From positions 1 to 64,000 of IMG/VR virus record IMGVR_UViG_3300011242_000002: a DNA stretch of 64,000 nt. One strand, given 5' to 3'. The notes beneath the pieces are model-generated. The model saw only the letters and a program-made list of their open reading frames with translations, was not told the origin of the DNA and did no database searches. The stretch is from a virus (taxonomy: Duplodnaviria > Caudoviricetes). Numbering within the stretch: the stretch's first letter is position 1; every line of letters starts with the position of its first letter. Below, piece by piece: positions 1 to 8,419 of the stretch. Position numbers and translations under genes: made by a program.

Positions 1-159
1 ACCCCCCGTCCCTCTATTCAGTCACGTGGTATCCGCGGTATCGCGGGACAAAGCATGTATTTGTCCGGCGCCCCGAACGTGATGTACGATACCGCTACCC
101 TAAACCAGATCCGCGATGCCCTGTTTGAACACATAGACGACGCCGTGTGGTCAATGTAA
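1..159 (+). CDS. 3' end of hypothetical protein (truncated by window edge)
   Basis: Open frame 1 to TAA at 157-159, followed directly by the AAGGAG RBS of the next gene. Confidence 0.55.
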   Translation, partial: TPRPSIQSRGIRGIAGQSMYLSGAPNVMYDTATLNQIRDALFEHIDDAVWSM

Positions 160-169
160 GGAGACCCGT

Positions 170-622
170 ATGTATCAGCTGTACACCCATCCCGATCATT
201 ACGAACAGCTTGCCGTGTTGTTAGACGGTGCCGCCCGTAACCCTACTGATGGCGACGAGTCCTTTAGTCGGGTCCTGGCCGTGTTGAACTCGACCAATGA
301 GATCATTACGTTAGCTTCAAGCATTGGGCAGCCGCACGTGAAGGGTAAGCGGGCGTTGTACATTCACATGGCAACGACCCGGGAAGGTACCGACTTAATT
401 GCGCGCTTTTACAGTCGGATTCAGCGTCGTCTGTATGATGACTGGAATAGCGCCAGCCAGCCAATTGGTGTCATGGTGCGACCCTCAGCCGTGCAGATTC
501 ATTTTAACTATTACGAATCCCACGGATTGTGGTTCCAGGCAATGACCCTGCAGTGCTGTGGGGTGCATACCGAAACCAACCAGCGGTACATTATCGACAC
601 GTTGTACAAGTCTCTCTTCTAA
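170..622 (+). CDS. hypothetical protein
   Basis: 150 aa ORF, AAGGAG RBS, followed by a strong hairpin. Confidence 0.75.
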   Translation: MYQLYTHPDHYEQLAVLLDGAARNPTDGDESFSRVLAVLNSTNEIITLASSIGQPHVKGKRALYIHMATTREGTDLIARFYSRIQRRLYDDWNSASQPIGVMVRPSAVQIHFNYYESHGLWFQAMTLQCCGVHTETNQRYIIDTLYKSLF

Positions 623-624
623 CC

Positions 625-692
625 GTCATAACGCAGTTACCTTCCCTTGGCGGGGAAGGTAACTGCACTTATGCCGATGTTCTTTTTTTTTT
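625..692 (+). terminator. hairpin + TTATGCCG + T-tract terminator
   Basis: Perfect 14-bp stem GCAGTTACCTTCCC/GGGAAGGTAACTGC (633-666), TTATGCCG at 669-676, then a T-run. Confidence 0.8.
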
Positions 693-726
693 GTATTCAC
701 CTTACCGATACGCTGTTTATAAGATC

Positions 727-775
727 GGCATAACACCCACCTGACGTCCAACCCGCAGGTTAGCGTCAGGCAGGC
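727..775 (-). terminator. hairpin + TTATGCCG element on minus strand
   Basis: CCTGACG/CGTCAGG stem (740-770) with GGCATAA at 727-733 (TTATGCC on minus strand, 3' of the stem). Confidence 0.6.
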
Positions 776-880
776 AAAGCAACGACAATGTTCATTCAGG
801 CTTACTCAATCAAAGGGTTAAAAAACGTTACGCCACTTGGGCAGGTGGTTCTAATGGTTTTAAGGCGTGGAGCCTGATAG

Positions 881-919
881 AGAAAAAAGAAGGGGAGCAC
901 GACATCCTGCGGCTCCCCC
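881..919 (-). terminator. intrinsic terminator downstream of helicase
   Basis: Minus strand GGGGAGC...GCTCCCC followed by TTCTTTTTT. Confidence 0.65.
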
Positions 920-959
920 AAAGAACAAACTGAAAGCATTTCTGGTCATACAATAGTGG

Positions 960-2495
960 TTACCCGAACCACGGGTTCGCACCACCGTCGGCCATGGTAT
1001 CGCCCGCCACGTGTTTACGTGACATGTCTTTACCGTGAATATCATCAAGAATACCGGCTGCGGTAAACTTGTACACGCAGAACTTGTCTTTCTCCGGGGT
1101 AATGGAAATGGTACGGTGCTTACCACGCTGTACGCACATGTAGGTTTCTTCGCCGACACGCACCAAGTGGATGATGATCTCGACGTCGACTTCCTGGTCA
1201 ATCTTGGTACAGTTATCCCAGTAGCCTTTGTTGGCGGTTTCCCGCGGCAGGTCTTCTTCCATGCCGTTACGGACCAGCATCTTGGCAGCCGGACTTAACT
1301 GGTGAGGCGTAATAACACAGATACCGCGCGCTGACGTAAAGTTACGCACACGACGGAACAGGTCACGGTACTCTTGCCCCGCTACCCCTTTCTCACAACC
1401 CTGCTTGTTAAACATCCCCAGGTAGTCAATGGTCAACAGATGGATCTCGTAACCCATGTTCTCAAACTGCTTAATGCGTTCGAACAGGTTACGGTAACCA
1501 AACTGCGAGGGATCGACACGACAGAAGTTGACTTCGTAACCCATAACGGATAACGCTTCCATGACCTCCTTCGCTGCCTGCGCTTCATCAATCGTCTGGT
1601 GATCGTGCACCAGGCCATCGACGTTGGCTTTGATCTTCTTCCACCAACTCACCATGTTATCCGTCATGTTGTTCTCAGACGAAATATGCATGATCATCGG
1701 CTTCTTCTTCGGATCGCGCATGTACGGAGTGTTGTGCATTGCAATCTGACGGGTCAGGTCCATGGTAAAGCCGGATTTGTTGTTGTGCTGCAGTGCGCCC
1801 ACCAACACGAACTCCGAGCGACGGAAACCACCCACCTCACCGAGCATCCGGTTGATCCCCTGATAGCCGGTGCGTAATACCCCAAGCGTAGAGGACTCTT
1901 CCTTCGCCTGCTTAAACAGCTGGCTGACCGCATTCAAATCACTGACCGACACTTCACTGACTACCGCCGGGTCAAACTGGTCGGTGGTGGTGAGGTTCAG
2001 CGATTCAATCTCCTCGAACAGACGCCCAACCGCCAGATCCACATCCACATCGTCCCCGCCGTAGATAATCGGCATGGCGAGTTTCTTAATCACCGCCTTG
2101 GCCTTACGACGACTGTCCCAGGATTTCAGGTCACGGTAGATTTGGGTCACGGTTTGGTTAGCGCGGTACGGGTCGTCTTCGGTGGAGTTCACCCCCATCT
2201 CTAAAGCTTGGTAAGTCGCTGCATCCTGACCGCAGTCGTTGAGCAGGCGCTGCAGCAGATCAAGTTTGTCCAGCGGTTCTATCTTGTTACGACCGATCAG
2301 CCAGCGGATGGTTTTACGTAACGCCAATTGCACAGAACGCTGTTCGTCACTGCCCATGGTCTCCACGGGGGCAGGAATATTTTCCATGAGCTCATCAATG
2401 AACTCACTGTAATCATCGCCGGCTTCACCACCAACCACGCTGTGTTGGTAAAATAACGTAATAATCTTTATGAGTAGCAGACCAGTGTCCATCAC
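960..2495 (-). CDS. dnaB: DnaB-like replicative helicase (phiKZ gp118-like)
   Basis: LRTGYQGINRMLG, variant Walker A GALQHNNKS, IDYL Walker B, HQLS, QRGKHR; position next to MCP as in phiKZ-like phages. Confidence 0.88.
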   Translation of the reverse strand: MMDTGLLLIKIITLFYQHSVVGGEAGDDYSEFIDELMENIPAPVETMGSDEQRSVQLALRKTIRWLIGRNKIEPLDKLDLLQRLLNDCGQDAATYQALEMGVNSTEDDPYRANQTVTQIYRDLKSWDSRRKAKAVIKKLAMPIIYGGDDVDVDLAVGRLFEEIESLNLTTTDQFDPAVVSEVSVSDLNAVSQLFKQAKEESSTLGVLRTGYQGINRMLGEVGGFRRSEFVLVGALQHNNKSGFTMDLTRQIAMHNTPYMRDPKKKPMIMHISSENNMTDNMVSWWKKIKANVDGLVHDHQTIDEAQAAKEVMEALSVMGYEVNFCRVDPSQFGYRNLFERIKQFENMGYEIHLLTIDYLGMFNKQGCEKGVAGQEYRDLFRRVRNFTSARGICVITPHQLSPAAKMLVRNGMEEDLPRETANKGYWDNCTKIDQEVDVEIIIHLVRVGEETYMCVQRGKHRTISITPEKDKFCVYKFTAAGILDDIHGKDMSRKHVAGDTMADGGANPWFG

Positions 2496-2516
2496 GTTCC
2501 TCGTTAAGGTGAAGTT

Positions 2517-3143
2517 ATGTTCAAAGAGAAAATTGTTATCGCTCCGGCTCCGATCCTACGAGCACTGCGTGATAACCAATTACCATTAAAAGTTTTGCTT
2601 GAACCAGAAAAATTACTTAGTATATTATCCGCACGCGATGTCATTTTTTACTACGCGCTGAACGTCATGTTATGTAGCGTTGATTTTCGTAAGTCATCCG
2701 CTGCCCTGGCGAACAAGCTGACGGAAGCGTTAAGCCAGCTGCCGTACTATTCAAATGGCATCATGGATGTCTTTACACAAGAAGAGTGGGTAAAGTTCGC
2801 AAGTACTTTACAGTCCGACATTCAGGCTGAGCTGTCGGAGCTTAATACCCGTACCGTTTACGAGTATGCCACCGGTGAGCCCTATGATGTAGAAGCGCAT
2901 CGTGCGGGTACGGCGAGCACCTATGGTTTCAAAACCACGGTGTTAAACGGTGATACCGTTTGCGTAATGGTGGTGCCCCAGGCCGACGTTGACATGACAG
3001 ATAGTATGTTAGAACAACGTCTGCTGCGTGACGTACTCTACTCTATGAACACCATCTCAGCAAAAGCCGAGGAGTACAAGAGTCTGTACGTGGGTTTCTG
3101 TACGAGCGTCGTGCGTAACGCCGTAGCCCAGCGTTGTGTGTAA
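2517..3143 (+). CDS. conserved hypothetical/virion protein (phiKZ gp119-like by synteny)
   Basis: 208 aa ORF between helicase and MCP. Confidence 0.65.
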   Translation: MFKEKIVIAPAPILRALRDNQLPLKVLLEPEKLLSILSARDVIFYYALNVMLCSVDFRKSSAALANKLTEALSQLPYYSNGIMDVFTQEEWVKFASTLQSDIQAELSELNTRTVYEYATGEPYDVEAHRAGTASTYGFKTTVLNGDTVCVMVVPQADVDMTDSMLEQRLLRDVLYSMNTISAKAEEYKSLYVGFCTSVVRNAVAQRCV

Positions 3144-3145
3144 AC

Positions 3146-3185
3146 TGAATAATAATAGTATGTTAAATAACCAAGTTATGTGACG
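3146..3185 (+). promoter_or_regulatory. possible late (nvRNAP) promoter of MCP
   Basis: AT-rich tract with TATG at 3159-3162 and 3177-3180; the phiKZ late promoter core is TATG, but a 4-mer is weak evidence. Confidence 0.3.
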
Positions 3186-3284
3186 TACTGTTACCCAGAG
3201 TGTTAGCGCAACACATCTCCACATCGTAACACCTCTTCCTGGTGTCTCGAAAACTTATATAAGTTATTGAAAGGAAAAAGCATA

Positions 3285-5504
3285 ATGGCATTAAAAATCC
3301 TTCACACCGAACACAGTGCATCTCTGTTTGAGCGTATTCAATCCGCTGTGCAGCAGGGTAACTTTGCTAACGGTAAAGAAATTGTCAGTGGTTATGGCAT
3401 GGAATCACTGGATGCGGTGGCGCTGAACAAACAAGACACCGCGATCAAGAGCGCTCACAATCTGTTGACCGCGATGCCGTCCGACGCGCACAGCGCTGGC
3501 CTGGTAGGCTTTACCGAGCAGCAGCTGGCTGCCGGTGCTATCGCTGCCACCATCGTGGGCGACCTGCCAGGTTACGCACGTGCTCTGAACTCCGCGTCTG
3601 CACGCGCGGCGTCTAAAGGCGGCTTCCAGACGGTTTCTGGTTCCCGCTACGGTTCTGCGGATGCGAAACAGGGCTACGGCGCTGAAGCGTTCGAACAGAC
3701 TCAAGAGTTCCAGCCGCAGCAGGCGCAGACCATTGAGTACAACATCAAAGCAGCTAAACAGGATCCAGTGGGTGAAGCCTTCTTCCCAACTACGACCCTG
3801 ACTGCGAACGACATCGGTCTGGACGTGAAGATTCCAATCGATATCGTTGAGCCGTTCATCAAGCACAAAGCCACTGGCGAAGTGACTGACTGGCAGCGTA
3901 AGAAGCTGATCAACACCCTGCGTGATCCGTCCATCCTGCGTAACGACGCGGTGAAACTGCTGCCGTACAAACCAGCGGACAACAGCAACAACCAGTGGTT
4001 CGTTGACGGCACCAACTTCACTGAAGTCCAGGGTGGCGAAGATCTGCCAACCGCAGCACTGAAACCAGGCGTACGCATCGGCTTCCTGGGCCTGTGCTCT
4101 ACTCCGTCCCTGGTTGCAAACGGCGTGATGGACCACACTGACCAGATCGACAACAACGTCCGTCTGCAGTACGTGTGGATCAAAGTCAGCAACGCTGGCG
4201 GCACCACCGAGCTGTTCCGTCTGCGCACTGACAACCTGGACCGTTCTGCGTTCCAGAAAACGCAGGAAGGCGACAAATTCCAGACTTCTCTGGATATGGA
4301 CGTGCTGGCTTACCAGCTGACTGCTGCTCAGAAAACCGTAGCCGGTACTCCGTCCGTGCTGCTGGCACCGCTGACCACTGGCGGTCAGACCATCGGCCTG
4401 GCGCTGAAAGTTAACGGTACCCTGAACCACGAAAAAGGTGACCTGGTTGTTAACGCCCTGGAGCAGCCGCGCATTCATCGCGTCTACGACAACGTTAGCC
4501 ACGAAGACATCACCAACACTGCTGCGGTGAAAACTGAAGTCGCCAAGCTGACCTTCGAGTTCGCTGGTTACTACATCAAAGCTAACCTGCGTAACAGCAA
4601 CTTCCGTACTCGCGAACAGCGTATCGATCGCCAGACCAGCAACTACAAGTACCTGGTTCAGCTCGGCGCACCAATCACTGCGGTTTCTCCAGCCACTAAC
4701 GACTGGGGCCCGGTTGAAGCAGTAGCGGTTGAACAGCTGGCAACAGCAACCTACGCACGTAACTCCGCAATGGCGATCAGCCGTCTGCTGGACTACGTTG
4801 ACTCCATGCGCTCTTCCGGCATCGCGAACAACGCCCTGTGGCAGCGTTACGATGAGAACAGCGTTGAAGGTGTAGGTAAAGCCGTGGTTGATCCATGGTT
4901 CGGCGAAGGTGATTACGACATCTCCAAACTGGTGAACTCCACTGCGTCCCACATGCGCCGTGAAGACATCAGCGAGCAGCTGCTGCTGATCATCCGTAAC
5001 TACGCTTACCGCATGAACGCGGAATCCGGTTACAACATCGCCATCGGCCTGCTGTACAACGAACAGCAGCCTAACCTGCTGATCGGTACCGACAACATCA
5101 TCGCGCAGTACCTGATGGAAGTTGGCGACCTGCGTACCGCGGGTATCTCTTTCAAAGTAACGGTTGTGACTTCTAACAACCTCGAAATGAAAGGCAAGGT
5201 CATCATGACTCTGTCTCGTATGAAGTCTGGTGGTCTGGATCTGTGCACCTTCGGTATGCACCTGTGGGTCCCTGAAATCGTAGCCACCGTTAAGATCATG
5301 CGTAACGGTAACTACATCCAGGAAACCATGGTGCAGCCGCGTAACCTGCACGTGGTTGTCTGCCCAATCATCGCCGCACTGACCATCTCTGGTCTGGACG
5401 AAGCGTACACTGGTTCTATCAACATCCCAGTGAGCACCGGTGATCTGGCTGGCAACATCGCAGCGCAGGTTCTGGATGGTCTGAACGCCAACCCAGCGCC
5501 GTAA
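3285..5504 (+). CDS. major capsid protein (phiKZ gp120-like)
   Basis: ~739 aa, strong high-expression codon bias, KQDPVGEAFFPT and QPRNLHVV-P motifs, N-terminal G-x-E protease sites (GME/SL, GAE/AF), UUCG terminator; ATG at 3285 follows an AAGGA RBS. Confidence 0.9.
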   Translation: MALKILHTEHSASLFERIQSAVQQGNFANGKEIVSGYGMESLDAVALNKQDTAIKSAHNLLTAMPSDAHSAGLVGFTEQQLAAGAIAATIVGDLPGYARALNSASARAASKGGFQTVSGSRYGSADAKQGYGAEAFEQTQEFQPQQAQTIEYNIKAAKQDPVGEAFFPTTTLTANDIGLDVKIPIDIVEPFIKHKATGEVTDWQRKKLINTLRDPSILRNDAVKLLPYKPADNSNNQWFVDGTNFTEVQGGEDLPTAALKPGVRIGFLGLCSTPSLVANGVMDHTDQIDNNVRLQYVWIKVSNAGGTTELFRLRTDNLDRSAFQKTQEGDKFQTSLDMDVLAYQLTAAQKTVAGTPSVLLAPLTTGGQTIGLALKVNGTLNHEKGDLVVNALEQPRIHRVYDNVSHEDITNTAAVKTEVAKLTFEFAGYYIKANLRNSNFRTREQRIDRQTSNYKYLVQLGAPITAVSPATNDWGPVEAVAVEQLATATYARNSAMAISRLLDYVDSMRSSGIANNALWQRYDENSVEGVGKAVVDPWFGEGDYDISKLVNSTASHMRREDISEQLLLIIRNYAYRMNAESGYNIAIGLLYNEQQPNLLIGTDNIIAQYLMEVGDLRTAGISFKVTVVTSNNLEMKGKVIMTLSRMKSGGLDLCTFGMHLWVPEIVATVKIMRNGNYIQETMVQPRNLHVVVCPIIAALTISGLDEAYTGSINIPVSTGDLAGNIAAQVLDGLNANPAP

Positions 5505-5509
5505 GTGAT

Positions 5510-5568
5510 GGCATAACTGCTTAATTAGGCTTCACGCTCCTTCGGGGGCGTGAAGCCTTTTTATGCCG
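5510..5568 (+). terminator. GGCATAA-hairpin(UUCG)-TTATGCC terminator after MCP
   Basis: AGGCTTCACGCTCC-TTCG-GGGGCGTGAAGCCT then TTTTATGCCG; GGCATAA at 5510-5516. Confidence 0.85.
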
Positions 5569-5571
5569 GCT

Positions 5572-5606
5572 TGAAAAATATTTGAGGCCTACATTACCTA
5601 AAGGTA
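5572..5606 (+). promoter_or_regulatory. early (virion RNAP) promoter, TACATTAC
   Basis: GGCCTACATTAC (core 5590-5597), one mismatch from the phiKZ early consensus TATATTAC; motif recurs intergenically at least 6 times. Confidence 0.7.
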
Positions 5607-5656
5607 ACAGTGAAATAACCCGCATTGGTTGAGCTGTTATAGGCGAAGGTATTAAC

Positions 5657-6661
5657 ATGAGCAACGACCACCAAATCCAGCTCGTCGACGACAAGAATAA
5701 CTTCTTTGACTACACGGCCGATATGAAGATGTCGGTGTCGGTTTTAAGTTCGTTATCTGTCCCAGTGGTGGTGCGTCAACGAACTGGGGTAAGTTCTGTG
5801 ATCCGCCCCAAACATGGGGGTGGCTACCATTCAGGTCAAATCACTATCCAACTGGAGCTGTCGGCAAAGGCCGAAGTATTTCTTTACATTACCCAACAAT
5901 CTATGGAGTCTCTACCCGAAGAATATCAAATTCTGTACCAAGCTATCCAAACCATGAAGGATAGGGGTGTACTGATCGGTGGGGTGTATTCAGCACGTAT
6001 TTCCCTGACCTACAGTAAAGCCTATTTCGAACGGCACGGTGGCGAGTTCTATTCCGCCATTGCCGATCTGGTGATTTCTCTACATCCCCTAGAGGCCACC
6101 GCCGAACACCCATACAGCATCAGTGCTATCCAGAAACATCAATCCCAGCGTCTGCAGGACGACTTTGACGGCCTCGTGCTTTATGCCGTCCGGTTGATAG
6201 ATCGTTTCGATCAGTTAGGCCCCCGATACATGAATATCGCCGGAGACGTATTCCGTATCGATCCCGACCCATCCGATCGGCTCAGCGAGCAAATTGAGGA
6301 TGGACTTCATTTACTGGGTACGCAGCCCATGCGCAATGCGAAGGACGTCAAGAACGATGCACGTGCGACCTATGTCCCGATGGCGGTTCTGTTAAAGGAT
6401 CCGACTAAATACGGACTTTGGCCCACCTTTGGTGAAGCACGACACCAGGGGAATAAAGAACTTCAAACCACCCAAAATGCGTTGGAGGTAGCGCTGAAAA
6501 ACGGTGACAAGAAAGATAGGCTTATTGAGAATTTGAAACGTGATGTGGAAGAGGCCAAGCAGAAGCAGAAACAGGAGGGGAGTCTTGTTTTGCACAAAGG
6601 TATCACCGAACTTATCAAATTGGCCACTGCGATGATTGGCATCGTGAAATTAATAAAGTAA
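5657..6661 (+). CDS. conserved hypothetical protein with C-terminal coiled coil (phiKZ gp122-like by synteny)
   Basis: 334 aa ORF upstream of the RNAP subunit. Confidence 0.7.
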   Translation: MSNDHQIQLVDDKNNFFDYTADMKMSVSVLSSLSVPVVVRQRTGVSSVIRPKHGGGYHSGQITIQLELSAKAEVFLYITQQSMESLPEEYQILYQAIQTMKDRGVLIGGVYSARISLTYSKAYFERHGGEFYSAIADLVISLHPLEATAEHPYSISAIQKHQSQRLQDDFDGLVLYAVRLIDRFDQLGPRYMNIAGDVFRIDPDPSDRLSEQIEDGLHLLGTQPMRNAKDVKNDARATYVPMAVLLKDPTKYGLWPTFGEARHQGNKELQTTQNALEVALKNGDKKDRLIENLKRDVEEAKQKQKQEGSLVLHKGITELIKLATAMIGIVKLIK

Positions 6662-6670
6662 GGTAGCATC

Positions 6671-8356
6671 ATGGATCCATTATTCGAAAACATAATGAAG
6701 AGCCAGCTGGTGAAGATGAACCCGGACTTCTACGAAGGGTTGGTCAAGCGAGAAATGGATAAGTCGCTGTACTATCTGGATCGGGTGTTTCGTAGCGCCT
6801 TTGGCAGCCTGGGTTCAAACATCGAGTACCGCGGCTATCGCTGCTGCCGTCCCGATGAAGAGTATCGCTTTAAGCTTAAGCGCAATGGTGGGAACTCCCC
6901 GTCAAAGATTCGCTACGAGCTAGCCCGTTCGGATTTGCGCCTGGTGAAGTTTGACTTCGTCATCGATGGCAAGCCGACCCACCCGCTGCTGCTGTACGTG
7001 CCGTATTGTGACGATACCGGGTTGATGCACCTGCGCGGTACCGCCCACACGGTTTCCGCAGTGGTAGAAGATCCCGGCGTGTCCATCACCCAGGACGGCT
7101 GCTTCTTCCGGGTGACCTGTGACAAGATCGTCATTCGTCGTACGGTGCACACCATCTGCAAAGATGAGATCAACATCGTGCAGAAGCGGAACCGGGTGCA
7201 AAAGCACATTAACATTCCGTACGGTAAGATCTATCGCGCCAAGCAGCAAAAAGCCAACACCAACAAGAACCCACCGATGCCTTCGCTTCCGCATTATCTG
7301 TTTGCGAAGTTTGGCGTCACCGAGGCGTTCAAGCGCTTTGCCCGCACCGAGGTGGTCTTTGGCACCGAATCGGAAATCAACCCGACCACGTACCCGGACT
7401 CCGAATGGACCCGCTACTACAGCGCGCGGACCCAGCACCCTAACAACAAGCGCCCGGTTGATTGGGCCCCTACCACGGCAGCCATTGCCGTTCGTGCTTT
7501 AAACCCGAGTAACCTGACGGAGATCATGATCGCCGGCTTCTTCTACGTGGCCGACTGCTATCCGCAGGAGTTTAACCCAGGCTGGTCTGACGAACTGATC
7601 CACTGGCGCCTGATGATGGGCAAGATGGTGTTCAACCGTCAGGTGAAGAACGTGCAGATGGCCGAGTACCTGCAGCCACACTTTGATTCGCTGGATACCT
7701 ACCTGGATGCGATGGCCAAGGAAAACCTGGCCGAGGAAGGGATTGTCTGCGAAGACATCTACGAGGTGATGGTCTACATCATCGCTAACCTCGATACCAT
7801 GATCAACACGGTTAACCTGGCCAGTGTGTATGGCAAGAAGTTGGCTGTCCTGCCTTACGTATTGTCCCCGATCGTGCACGGTATCTTCTACACCAAATTC
7901 AACCTGATGCAGCAGTGCAAACAGTGGACGGTCGACACCACCACCGGTGAGCGGCTGATGTGTTTCACAGAAGCCAATCTGTTTGACGCGTTCAACCGTA
8001 ACCTGAAGCCGGAAGTGATCTACAAGGTGAAGGGATCGGACCACGGGGAGATCAGCTCGATTGCCGCCCCGGGTGACAACAAGCTGTTCAAGATCAACAA
8101 CAAGCTGGTGCTGCAGTCCAATGCCTCCGGCGGAAAAGGACGCCCCAGCACTTCACCGATGTCGGACGACTCGAAGTCGCTGGACGTCAGTATTGCCGAC
8201 TGCTGTGCGTTCCTGCACATTACCAAGCCCGACCCGTCGGGTCGATCCATTGCTAACCTGTATAAGCCACTGCCGAACAATCGCTTTGAGCCCTCTGTAA
8301 AGCACGACAGGCTGTTTACGCATACCCAAGCGGTGATCACCCGTCGTAATATCTAA
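6671..8356 (+). CDS. non-virion RNA polymerase beta-like subunit (phiKZ gp123-like)
   Basis: 561 aa; YLDRVFRS, LLLYVPY, HYLFAKFG, TKPDPSGRS-N motifs; conserved position two genes after MCP. Confidence 0.78.
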   Translation: MDPLFENIMKSQLVKMNPDFYEGLVKREMDKSLYYLDRVFRSAFGSLGSNIEYRGYRCCRPDEEYRFKLKRNGGNSPSKIRYELARSDLRLVKFDFVIDGKPTHPLLLYVPYCDDTGLMHLRGTAHTVSAVVEDPGVSITQDGCFFRVTCDKIVIRRTVHTICKDEINIVQKRNRVQKHINIPYGKIYRAKQQKANTNKNPPMPSLPHYLFAKFGVTEAFKRFARTEVVFGTESEINPTTYPDSEWTRYYSARTQHPNNKRPVDWAPTTAAIAVRALNPSNLTEIMIAGFFYVADCYPQEFNPGWSDELIHWRLMMGKMVFNRQVKNVQMAEYLQPHFDSLDTYLDAMAKENLAEEGIVCEDIYEVMVYIIANLDTMINTVNLASVYGKKLAVLPYVLSPIVHGIFYTKFNLMQQCKQWTVDTTTGERLMCFTEANLFDAFNRNLKPEVIYKVKGSDHGEISSIAAPGDNKLFKINNKLVLQSNASGGKGRPSTSPMSDDSKSLDVSIADCCAFLHITKPDPSGRSIANLYKPLPNNRFEPSVKHDRLFTHTQAVITRRNI

Positions 8357-8419
8357 CACGTCTCTTAACTCGTATGAGTAGCGCTTGCGTTCGACACCAC
8401 ATTTACCCTTTTATGGACA

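Noticed and set aside
3405-5351. 648 aa minus-strand ORF inside MCP
   Set aside because: Antisense shadow of the strongly biased MCP codons; no RBS or motif
5885-5892. TACATTAC inside a CDS
   Set aside because: Lacks flanking consensus and lies in coding sequence; likely chance
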